This document shows positions 38,733 through 49,339 of a stretch of 64,000 nucleotides of DNA, piece after piece. Every line of letters begins with the position of its first letter. Position 1 is the first letter of the stretch. Made by a program: the position numbers and the translations under genes. The stretch comes from Candidatus Latescibacterota bacterium (GTDB lineage Bacteria; Latescibacterota; UBA2968; UBA8231): positions 1,472,001 to 1,536,000 of the forward strand of contig OZ220089.1 in assembly GCA_964291625.2 (NCBI GenBank), in the 5' to 3' direction. The notes beneath the pieces are model-generated. The model saw only the letters and a list, made by a program, of their open reading frames with translations, made no database searches and was not told the DNA's origin.

Positions 38733-39268
38733 GGCTCGATCGACTCGACGTCCATCGAGTAGCCGGAACTGACATCGAGGAGGGAGTCATAGCCGTCCTC
38801 AGCAAGCTCGCTCGTACCGTGACCCGTCTTCAGGCGGCCGGAGATCCAGACCGGGCGCCACATCTCCTGCAGCTCATGGGCCTGCTCGAGGCTGCAGCGG
38901 ATGACCTGGTTGGCCGGCGGCGGCGGGGTGTGCAGACAGGCCCCAAGATAGGGCACCAACAGGAATTCGCGGATCCGTGCCTCTTCGTATTCCAGGGGCA
39001 ATACGTAGCCCGGAATCCTGACCGTCTGGCCATCGAGCTCCTCGATCACCGGCGCCTGGTCGAGCATTTCCTGGGCCTTCTCCTGCAACGCGAGGTACTC
39101 TTCGTCGCTGAGTGCGGCGTACTCCTCGTCGCTGAGCTCATCGAAGGCGGCGTAGGGATTCCAGTCCTCGGGAACGAGCTGGTCCCACAGGATCTCGCGC
39201 GGTGGGTCCGAGGCGGCTGCGCTCGTGACGAGCAGCAACATGAGCAATCGTTGGCGAGACATGGGCAT
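38708..39268 (-). CDS. DUF3299 family protein (ZrgD-like)
   Basis: WDQLVP, LDGQTVRIPGYVLPLE, EFLLVPYLGACLHTPPPPANQ. Confidence 0.88.
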   Translation of the reverse strand: MPMSRQRLLMLLLVTSAAASDPPREILWDQLVPEDWNPYAAFDELSDEEYAALSDEEYLALQEKAQEMLDQAPVIEELDGQTVRIPGYVLPLEYEEARIREFLLVPYLGACLHTPPPPANQVIRCSLEQAHELQEMWRPVWISGRLKTGHGTSELAEDGYDSLLDVSSGYSMDVESIEPYTPAAAR

Positions 39269-39303
39269 GGTCCTCCCGATCTGCGACGGAGAGTGTCCCG
39301 CGC

Positions 39304-40545
39304 TCACAGACGGGTCGACAGTCCGTCGGCGAGCGAGTTCCGGTAACAGCGCCAGGCCGGCACCAGGCCGGCGAGCAGGCCGGCGGCCATCAGACCGCCG
39401 AGGAGCGGCCATTCGCCCGCGGTGGGCAAGCCGATCGGCAGGAGCAGGCCGAAGCGCTCGACGATCCAGGGCTGCAGGGCCCTCAGCGCCATGCTCTGCA
39501 TCGCCACTCCCAGTACGATACCGAGCAGTGTCAGCAGCGCTGACTCCATGATGAGCAGCTCCATGACGTGGCGGTAGCCGGCGCCGACCGAGCGCAGCAC
39601 GGCCATTTCGCGCCGGCGTTCGTTGAGTCCCGCCAGCGAGACCGCCAGCAGGCCCGCCAGCGCCGCGGCTGCCACAAGGATCGAGACGATCCGCAGCGCC
39701 TGCTCGCCGGTGCGCATCAGGTCCCAGAGTTCCTGCAGCGCCACGCCCGGAAAGATGGCGAGCAAGGGTTCGGCGCCGTACCGATTGATGTCGCGCTGCA
39801 GCTTGAAGGCGGCGAGTCGGTTGTCGAGGCCGAGGAGGAAGGCGGTGATCTGGCGCGGGGTCAGGTCCTGACCGCGAGCCCGCCGGAGATCGGTCTCGAC
39901 GCGGTTCCAGTTCATGTGCATGGCCTCGATCCCCGCGAGGCCGACGTGAACGGTGCGGTCCACGGGCGTGCCCGTCGGCACCAGGATGCCCGTGACCTTG
40001 AACGGGTGGTTGTCGTGGTCGCCGAAGCCTTCTGTCCCGATGCCGTGGGTGACGACCAGTTCGTCGCCGAGCCGGTACCCGAGCTTGCGCGCCACTTCTG
40101 CGCCGAGGACGGCATCCAGCGTCTCGGCGAAGGGTCCACCTTCCGCAAAGCCGAGACGACGCTTGTCGGCGTAGCGGAAGTGCTCGAAGTAGCCGGTAGA
40201 GGTGCCCATGACGCGGTAACCGCGGTGCGAATCGCCGAGGGAGATCGGGATGGCCCAGCGGACGCCGGGCCAGGTCGCGATGTCCGAGTAGCTGGACCAG
40301 GCGACATTGCTCGTGGCGTTGCCGATGCGAAAGACCGAGTAGAGCAACAGCTGCACCGAGCCGCTGCGGGCGCCGACGATCAGGTCGGTACCGGAGACGG
40401 TGTTGGCGAAGCTCAGGCGCGCGTGGGAACGGACCTTCTCGACGCCGAGCAGCAGCGCCACGCTGACCGCGATCGTCAGGACGGTCAGGGACGCCGTATC
40501 GCGCCGGTTCAGCAGACTCTTCCAGGCCAGACGCAGCACGTTCAC
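39304..40545 (-). CDS. ABC transporter permease, FtsX/MacB-like (ZrgC-like)
   Basis: LAWKSLLNRR, SGTDLIVGARSGSVQLLLYSVFRIG, ERRREMAVLRSVGA. Confidence 0.9.
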   Translation of the reverse strand: MNVLRLAWKSLLNRRDTASLTVLTIAVSVALLLGVEKVRSHARLSFANTVSGTDLIVGARSGSVQLLLYSVFRIGNATSNVAWSSYSDIATWPGVRWAIPISLGDSHRGYRVMGTSTGYFEHFRYADKRRLGFAEGGPFAETLDAVLGAEVARKLGYRLGDELVVTHGIGTEGFGDHDNHPFKVTGILVPTGTPVDRTVHVGLAGIEAMHMNWNRVETDLRRARGQDLTPRQITAFLLGLDNRLAAFKLQRDINRYGAEPLLAIFPGVALQELWDLMRTGEQALRIVSILVAAAALAGLLAVSLAGLNERRREMAVLRSVGAGYRHVMELLIMESALLTLLGIVLGVAMQSMALRALQPWIVERFGLLLPIGLPTAGEWPLLGGLMAAGLLAGLVPAWRCYRNSLADGLSTRL

Positions 40546-41243
40546 GGGCGAGCCTCGGCTCGGAATTCGTCGATGTCGACGGTACGGTCGAAGCGCGCCG
40601 CGAGGGTTGGATCGTGACTGGCGAAGACCAGCGTCGCCCGCGACGCCTGAACCTGCTCGAAGAGCAGCTCGATGAAGCGCGCTCGTGCATCGAAGTCGAG
40701 TGCCGAGGTCGGTTCGTCGGCAATCACGATCTCGGGATCGCCGATCAGGGCTCGCGCCGCGGCTACGCGCTGCTGCTGGCCGACGGAGAGCCTGGACACC
40801 GGTGCCGTCCGGTCCAGCTCCTCCTCGACGAACAGGCGCCGCAGCAGCAACCGCGCGGCCGCGGTCACGCCACCGTGCGCCTCGGCCGCGCGCGCGGCTC
40901 GGCGCCGGGAGAAGTGGCAGGGCAGGACGACGTTCTCGGCCAGGTTGAGGTAGGGGACCAGGTTGAACTGCTGGAAGATGAACCCGATGTGGTCGGCACG
41001 AAGTCGGTCGCGGGCGGCCGCGGCCAGCGAGCCCGTATCCCGCCCCATCAGCGACAGGCGGCCCGAATCCGGCGTCAGTACTCCCGCCACCAGGTTCAGC
41101 AGCGTCGACTTGCCGCTGCCCGAGGGACCGCGGACATACAGGTGTTCGCCGCGTCGCAGGAGGAAGCGGTCGCAGCCGAGCAGGGGCGCGGCGCCGGGCC
41201 AACCGAAGCGCAGGCCCTCGATCTCGATGAGCTCTTCGTTCAC
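40542..41243 (-). CDS. ABC transporter ATP-binding protein (ZrgB-like)
   Basis: GPSGSGKST, LSVGQQQRV, IADEPTSALD. Confidence 0.92.
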   Translation of the reverse strand: MNEELIEIEGLRFGWPGAAPLLGCDRFLLRRGEHLYVRGPSGSGKSTLLNLVAGVLTPDSGRLSLMGRDTGSLAAAARDRLRADHIGFIFQQFNLVPYLNLAENVVLPCHFSRRRAARAAEAHGGVTAAARLLLRRLFVEEELDRTAPVSRLSVGQQQRVAAARALIGDPEIVIADEPTSALDFDARARFIELLFEQVQASRATLVFASHDPTLAARFDRTVDIDEFRAEARP

Positions 41244-41263
41244 GTCGGGCGTCGGCTCGCGTG

Positions 41264-41929
41264 CTATCTCAAACTGATCACCGGGTCATCCGCCTTGGCA
41301 ACGCCACCGAACTGGCCGTCCGGCGTCAGGGCCTGCACGCGGATCTCCTCGATTCGCGGCCAGTACTCGAAGAGACGAACCCCGATCGTCCCGATGGCTG
41401 ATCCGTTGCACTCGCAGCGGTAGCGTGCATGGAACTCGGAGTGCGTCTCCCCCTCCTCGCCGGCCTCTCCGTCCTCGTCGCCGTCATCGTGTCCGGAGTC
41501 CGTGCCGTCCTCTTCCTCGACGGCCTGTCCGTGCTCGTCGCCGTGGTCCTGTGCGGCTTCATGTCCGATGTGCGCGCCGTGCTCGTCCTCGTCCTCGTCC
41601 TCGTCATCAGCGCCGCGTCCATGACCTCCGTGCTCCACTTCCGCGACATGCAGGCTGCAGCTGGCCGCAAGGGGCAGGTCGAACAGCTCGTTGCCTTTCC
41701 TCAGCTGTTCGATCGCATCCCGGATCGCTCGACGCTCGGCGGCGGTGACCGCTTCGTGCTCGAAGCCGACGATGTTGCCGGCCGGTGACACGAACTCGAT
41801 CTCGAGTTCGTCGGCTTCCATGGCCAGGTTGAGGGTTGCGATCCCGTGAACGTGTGCGGACTGCTGAGCTGCCGTCACGCCGGTCAGCATCAACAGGAAG
41901 GCAACGACGGGCAGAGATCTGTGGATCAT
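41264..41929 (-). CDS. DUF2796 His/Asp-rich zinc-binding exported protein (ZrgA-like)
   Basis: Signal peptide, AHVHG, SPAGNIVGFEH, His/acidic insert, HSEFHARYRCEC. Confidence 0.88.
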   Translation of the reverse strand: MIHRSLPVVAFLLMLTGVTAAQQSAHVHGIATLNLAMEADELEIEFVSPAGNIVGFEHEAVTAAERRAIRDAIEQLRKGNELFDLPLAASCSLHVAEVEHGGHGRGADDEDEDEDEHGAHIGHEAAQDHGDEHGQAVEEEDGTDSGHDDGDEDGEAGEEGETHSEFHARYRCECNGSAIGTIGVRLFEYWPRIEEIRVQALTPDGQFGGVAKADDPVISLR

Positions 41930-42092
41930 ACGGCTCCTCCTCCGAGCGGGGCGCAGTCACAGTGGCGGAGATCAGGACGACGGACGCGCGAGCAGGCGCG
42001 CTTCTGCAACTCCGTCGGCGCGTGAGAAGCAGGCCCTGCAGCGCCGACGGAAGGGTGAATGAGCATAGACACGGTGCCGGCCTTCGCAAGCC

Positions 42093-43243
42093 CTACCCCC
42101 TTCTCCGCAGGGTCAGGCACAGGGGGCGGTAGCTCCGCTGCACGATCCGCCGCTCGTCGAGGACATCCCACGCCGGGGGCGGCTCCCCCAGGACCGCCCG
42201 CAGCGCGCCGCTGTCCTGGGTCAGCATGACCATGATCCCGCCTGCGCGGCAGAGACGCGCGGCCTCGGCCAGAGTTGCGCCGTAGAGGGCGCGGTTCGAG
42301 CCGCGGGAGCCGTGCCGCCCGCCCCACGGCAGGTCGGCGGTCACCGCGTCGAAGGCGCCGCCGGGGAACCCCGTGGCCCGGGCGTCTCCGCGGACCAGCC
42401 GGACCCGCTCCGCCAGACCGGCGGCGGCCAGGTTCCCGCGGCTGGCGGCCAGGGCCTCGCGGGAGTTGTCGACCCCCACGGCCGTTGCGGCGCCCCGCCG
42501 CAGGAGCCGCTCGATCAGCAGGGTACCGGCGCCGCACATCAGGTTCAGGTAGCGCTGCTCCCGCCGGGGGCGGCTCAGCTCCACCATGCAGGCGGCGATG
42601 GCGGCGTTCAGGCTGACGGGCCAGTCGACCCGCCGCCAATCCCTGGAGGCCAGGGGGCGGTTCCCGGCGCGGCAGAGCACCTCCCAGCCCCGGCGCCCCG
42701 GCCGGAAGGTGATCAGGCAGTCCCCGTCCTCGGGGTCCCAGGGCATGCCGAGCCGCTCCTCGAGGGCCGCGGCGATGCGCCCCATGGTGGGCGATCCGGC
42801 GCCGGCGGCGTCGAAGCGGAAGCCGCCGGGCGGGCGGCCGAGGGCGCGGGCCCGCTCGACCAGCTCCACGAGGGCGGTCATGTGCTCGGGGCTGAGCAGG
42901 GTGCGTGGGCGCTGCACGGCGAAGTCCCGGCGCAGCAGCAGGCTCTGGGCCGTGGCCAGCCGCAGCAGCTCCTCCGGCTCGCCCTCGAAGGTGAAGTGGA
43001 CTTCGTCCTGCCGCTCGTGGGGGACGAGGCGGCAGCGGCCGCCGAAGCGCCGGGCCAGCTCTCCGCGAACGATCTCCTGGGTGCCGTCGAGGGCCGCCGC
43101 CGTCCACAGGTGGGCGGGTCCCGCGGACCTCTTGCCTCCGCGCCGGCGGGTCCCGGCCGGGGCGCCGGCCGCCCGCGTGGAACCCCTGACGACGTTGGAC
43201 CGGGCGCCGGCCGCGCCGCGGCGGCGCCGGGGACCGCCCCGGC

Positions 43244-43247
<4 letters not shown>
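42093..43247 (-). CDS. RNA (guanine-N2)-methyltransferase-like protein (THUMP/UPF0020 family)
   Basis: GTG overlapping the peptidase stop; SLNAAIAACM, LNLMCGAGTLLIE, DLPWG. Confidence 0.8.
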
Positions 43248-45225
<1,978 letters not shown>

Positions 45226-45229
<4 letters not shown>

Positions 45230-46983
45230 CGGCTCTCTCCCGCGGCTTCCGCCGTCTCCTTCCGCGCCTCTTCAGGGGCGGCCATGAGGGACAGGTGGCC
45301 CCGGTCGACCTCGATCTGCAGGGGCGACCCGCCGGCGCCCAGGTGGCCGCTGACGGTGTGGCCGCCGCGGCTGTTGGCCGCCACCTCCAGCGGCAGGTCG
45401 GTGGCCGCGCGGCCGCGGTCGACGTGGCCGAGCACCTCCAGCGACGAATCGCGGGGCACCTGCAGGTGGACGTTGCCGCGCGAGCACTGCACCGTGCAGG
45501 GGGAGCCCACGGGCCGCTTCCAGCGGATCTCGACGTCGCCGCGCTGGCCCTGGACGGTGACCTCCGCGCCCGGCTCCAGGAGGAGGGTGCGGCCGCCGCT
45601 GGATCGCAGGGCGACGTCTCCGGCGACCTCGCGCAGCTCCACGGGGCCGTGGTCGCTGCGGACCATGGCGCCGCCGCCGACGGCGGAGGCCTTGAGCGGC
45701 GAGCGCGAGCTGCGCACCACGAGCCTGCCGCCCACGGCGGAGGCCGTCACGGGGGCGTGGCTGGCGCGCACCACGGCGCCGCCGCCGACCTCGTCGAGCT
45801 TCACCGGGCCGTGGGAGGTGGTCAGCTGCAGGTCCTCCGCGACGCCGGAGATGGTCATGGGCGAGTGACTGCCATCGACCGAGAGACCGGCGCGCAGGCC
45901 CTCGGCCTCCAGGGGGCTGTGGCGCACGCGGACCCGCGCCGCCCCGCGGACCCGGCGGATGCTCACCGGGCCGTGGGCGCCGGACAGCTCGAGGGAGCCG
46001 CCGGCGCGCCGCACCTTGGCCGGCGAGTGCTGCAGGCGCAGGTTGGCCGGGCCCTCGACGGACTTCACGCTCACCTTGGAGTGATGGGCGTCGAGGGTGA
46101 GCCCGCCTCCCAGCTGCCGCAGGTCCGCCTCTCCGTGGCGCTGCCGGAGGACGGTGTCGCCGCCGATGCCCTGCAGGGTCGTGCGGCCGTGGCGGGCGTC
46201 GATCGTGGCATCCGCCTCGAGGGAGGCGACGTCGACCTCGCCGCGGGCGTTGCGCAGGTCCACCGACACCTTCGGGTGCACGCGCACGACGAAGTGACAG
46301 GTCACCCGGGCCGGCCCCTCGTTGATGGTCCCGGAGCCCTGGGCCTCGACCCGCAGGGCGCCTTCGGTGCGGTCGAGGCTCAGGCCGACGCGGCGGGCGC
46401 AGTTCCTCGCCGTCTCCTCGTCGTGGGCGCCGGTCACCGTCCGCAGCTCCACCCGGACCTCGTCGCGGTCCCAGGTCTTCACCTGGATCGACCCCCGGAG
46501 GTTGCGCAGCGCCAGGCGTTCGCCCGGGGCCAGGGGCGCCTGCTCGGAGAGGTTGTACTCGACGGTGAACGCGTAGTCGCGGTCGTCGTCCACCTCGCCG
46601 GCCTCGGCGAAGGCCTCGCTGATCGTCCGTCCCATGTCGTTCAAAGCCTCGCCAAGATCGGGGATGGCGGCAAACGCCTCGTCCACCAGGTGATCCACGT
46701 CGGGGATGGCGTCGCGCACCGTGCGGCGGACCCCCGGCATGGAGGCGCGGACCGTGCGGCGGGCGCGGTCGAACTGGTCGCGGACCTCGCCCTCCAGCTC
46801 CTCCCACTCCACGGCCACCTGGTTCCCGAGATCACCGACCTGGCCCCACTTCACCCGGGGCCACTTCCCCCGCCTGGGCGGCGGGTCCCCGTTGCCGAGG
46901 GCCTTCAGCAGGCGCTCGGCCTCGTCCACCGAGATCTTCCCGTCGGCCAGCATCTGCAGCACCTTGGACCGCTCGTCGCTCAT
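45226..46983 (-). CDS. SHOCT-like + DUF4097 (Toastrack) beta-repeat protein (LiaX/YvlB-like)
   Basis: MSDERSKVLQMLADGKISVDEAERLLKAL; ~19-aa repeats such as HSP/HGP.....V.G.L.L. Confidence 0.82.
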
Positions 46984-47375
46984 GATCCATCCTCCTTCAG
47001 TTGTTCCAGCATGGAGACCGCGGTCCCGGCGTCGATCTCGCCGCGCTCCAGGCGCTCCAGCACGCCGCGGCGGCCTCCGTCCCCCGGAGGGGCGGCCGGG
47101 GCCTCCCCGCGGCTCTCGAAGCCCAGCTCGGCGATCACCTCGTCGAGGCGGCTGCGGACCGCCGCGTAGGGGACGCCGAGCTCGCGCTCCATCTCCTTGA
47201 CGTTGCCCCGGGCCCGCAGGAAGGCCTCGGCGAAGGCCAGCGACCCCGGCGACAGGCGGTCGAAGACGGTGGCGGCGAACCGCCCCGTGACGTCGGTCTC
47301 GCAACCCCCGCAACTCAGGCGGGTGATGCTCAGCTCCCCGCCGCAGGCGGGACAGCGTTCCAGGACCTTTCTCAA
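46980..47375 (-). CDS. DUF2089 family Zn-ribbon/HTH regulator
   Basis: CPACGG...LSCGGCET; RGNVKEMERELGVPYAAVRSRLD; C-terminal VLERLERGEIDA. Confidence 0.88.
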   Translation of the reverse strand: MRKVLERCPACGGELSITRLSCGGCETDVTGRFAATVFDRLSPGSLAFAEAFLRARGNVKEMERELGVPYAAVRSRLDEVIAELGFESRGEAPAAPPGDGGRRGVLERLERGEIDAGTAVSMLEQLKEDGS

Positions 47376-47481
47376 GACTGTTTTCTCCTGTTACGACAAA
47401 GAACGAAACACATGAAGCCGTTTCGCGGCAAGAATTTGGTAATTCCATAAAAAATGATGCCTGCTTCAGTGAGACCGCGAA

Positions 47482-47534
47482 ATATCAAATTATTGAAGTC
47501 TGGACTTGAGTTTTTTGATATATCCGCGTATAAT
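47482..47534 (+). promoter_or_regulatory. sigma70 promoter overlapped by a 40-bp imperfect palindrome
   Basis: TTGAGT(47506-47511)-N17-TATAAT(47529-47534); arms 47482-47501 and 47502-47521 match 15/20 as an inverted repeat. Confidence 0.7.
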
Positions 47535-47558
47535 CGTTTCATATTTGGAGGATGACCG

Positions 47559-47912
47559 ATGGATGTATCGAAAGCCCAGTGCCCCGAATGCTCCAGGGCC
47601 CTCCAGGTCGAGCGCATGGTCTGCCGCTCCTGCGGGGTGGCCGTGGAGGGCGAGATCGAGGTTTCGGCCCTCGGCCAGCTCGACCTCGACGACCAGGTCT
47701 TCGTCACCGCCTTCCTGCGCGGCCACGGGTCGATCCGGCGCATGGAGTCCCTCTTCGGGGTCAGCTACCCGACGGTGAAGAACCGGCTCAACAAGATCGT
47801 GGCCCGCCTCGACGCGGCCTTCACGCCTCCGCGCTCCGACAATGCCGAGGTCCTCGACCGGCTGGCGCGGGGGGAGATCACCGCCGCCCAGGCCCTCGAG
47901 GAGTTGTCTTGA
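47559..47912 (+). CDS. DUF2089 family Zn-ribbon/HTH regulator (second, divergent copy)
   Basis: GGAGG RBS; CPECS...CRSCG; GSIRRMESLFGVSYPTVKNRLNKI; VLDRLARGEITA. Confidence 0.9.
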   Translation: MDVSKAQCPECSRALQVERMVCRSCGVAVEGEIEVSALGQLDLDDQVFVTAFLRGHGSIRRMESLFGVSYPTVKNRLNKIVARLDAAFTPPRSDNAEVLDRLARGEITAAQALEELS

Positions 47913-48139
47913 TCCCTCCCATGTTCGTCCTCGTCGCCTTCGGGCGCGGTCCCTGGATGGTGCCCGTGCCCATCCCGGTCTTTCTCCTGTGGCCGCTGGC
48001 CCCGCTCGTCATCGCCCACGGCCGCATCGCCCGCGACCCCCGCGGCATCGCCCTCCTGCGCCTGGCCGCGGCGGCGCGGGGTCTGCGGGTCAGCCTCCGC
48101 AGCGGCTCCGGGGAGCGCTTCCTGCTCCGCGTGCTCTGA
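47909..48139 (+). CDS. small membrane protein
   Basis: TTG overlapping the previous stop; hydrophobic VPVPIPVFLLWPLAPLV. Confidence 0.6.
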   Translation: MIPPMFVLVAFGRGPWMVPVPIPVFLLWPLAPLVIAHGRIARDPRGIALLRLAAAARGLRVSLRSGSGERFLLRVL

Positions 48140-48166
48140 AACCCCCCTCGAAGAAGGAGACCTCCG

Positions 48167-48586
48167 ATGAGTGATGACCGCCGCAAGATCCTGGACATGC
48201 TGGCCGCCGACCAGATCAGCGTCGACGACGCCGACCGGCTGCTCGACAAGGTGGAGCCGCCGCCGGCGCCGGTGCCGGCCGTGGCGCCGGGCGATCCCCC
48301 GGCCCGGAGCGGGCCCCGCTACCTGCGCATCCACATCGTCGACGACGACGACAAGGTGGAGCTGCAGATCCCGCTGGCCCTCATCCGCACCGGCATCCGC
48401 CTGGGCGCCGTGGTGCCCGACTCGGCCAAGGGCAAGCTCAAGAAACTGAAGAAGCTGAAGAAGGAGGGCTTCGACATCGACCAGTTCTTCGAGATGGCAT
48501 CGGAGGAACTGGTCGACTCGCTGGCGGAGCTGGAGGTCAACATCGAGGGCGAGGACGGCGAGCGGGTGCGCCTGTTCTGCGAGTAG
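48167..48586 (+). CDS. SHOCT-like domain protein (DUF2089 operon partner)
   Basis: AAGGAG RBS; MSDDRRKILDMLAADQISVDDADRLL; RYLRIHI...VELQIPLALI. Confidence 0.82.
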   Translation: MSDDRRKILDMLAADQISVDDADRLLDKVEPPPAPVPAVAPGDPPARSGPRYLRIHIVDDDDKVELQIPLALIRTGIRLGAVVPDSAKGKLKKLKKLKKEGFDIDQFFEMASEELVDSLAELEVNIEGEDGERVRLFCE

Positions 48587-48621
48587 ACGGAGCGGGGGCC
48601 GGCGCCCATATTCGCCCGACC

Positions 48622-49095
48622 GTGGAACAACAACCGATCGACCGGCGCTGCTTCGGGCGGCGCGTGGTGAGCCTCGCCGTCGCCGGGGCCGCCGTCTGGC
48701 GGGGGACCGGCGACGCCGGCGCCCTGCAGCGGCGGGAGGTGGAGGTCGTCGTCGATCTCGACGACCCGCGCTTCGCCGCCCTGCGCGAGGTGGGCGGCGC
48801 CATGAAGGTGGTCCCCGAGGGCAGCTTCGAGCCGGTGATCGTCGTGCGCCTGTCCGAGGACGAGCTGATCGCCTTCAGCAGCGCCTGCCCCCACTGGGGC
48901 TGCGAGGTCACCCTGCCCGACGAGGAGGGCCTCATCGCCTGCTCCTGCCACGAGAGCTGGTTCGACATCGAGGGCCGCTACCTGGAGGGCCCCGCCGAGG
49001 AGGATCTGCCCCGGGTCAAGCTGGTGGTCTCCCCCGCCACCGGGGTGGCCCCGCGGTCCTGGGGACGGGTGAAGGACGGCTCCCGCAGGCGCTGA
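48622..49095 (+). CDS. Rieske [2Fe-2S] protein with Tat-like leader
   Basis: IDRRCF leader; CPHWGC and CSCHESWF boxes; C-terminal ATGVAPRSWGRVK. Confidence 0.88.
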   Translation: MEQQPIDRRCFGRRVVSLAVAGAAVWRGTGDAGALQRREVEVVVDLDDPRFAALREVGGAMKVVPEGSFEPVIVVRLSEDELIAFSSACPHWGCEVTLPDEEGLIACSCHESWFDIEGRYLEGPAEEDLPRVKLVVSPATGVAPRSWGRVKDGSRRR

Positions 49096-49167
49096 TCCCG
49101 CGGTTCCTCCGATGGCTTGACATGGGTCGTCGGCGCGGGAAGGTTCTTGCGAAAGGAGGACTACCCA

Positions 49168-49317
49168 ATGAGCCTGGAATCCTATCTGACCCCGGCGGTC
49201 GTGGTGGCTGCCACCGCCTTCCTCTGGAAGGTTCTGGGAGCCCGGATCGACCACCTCGAGCGACGATTCGATGCCCTGAACGCCCGGATCGACCGTCACC
49301 TGGAAGGCCACCCGTAG
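49168..49317 (+). CDS. small TM + coiled-coil microprotein
   Basis: AAGGAGG RBS, upstream TTGACA; YLTPAVVVAATAFLWK...RIDRHLEGHP, homologous to 32269-32517. Confidence 0.7.
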   Translation: MSLESYLTPAVVVAATAFLWKVLGARIDHLERRFDALNARIDRHLEGHP

Positions 49318-49339
49318 GCGACCCGGAGACCCGACGAGC

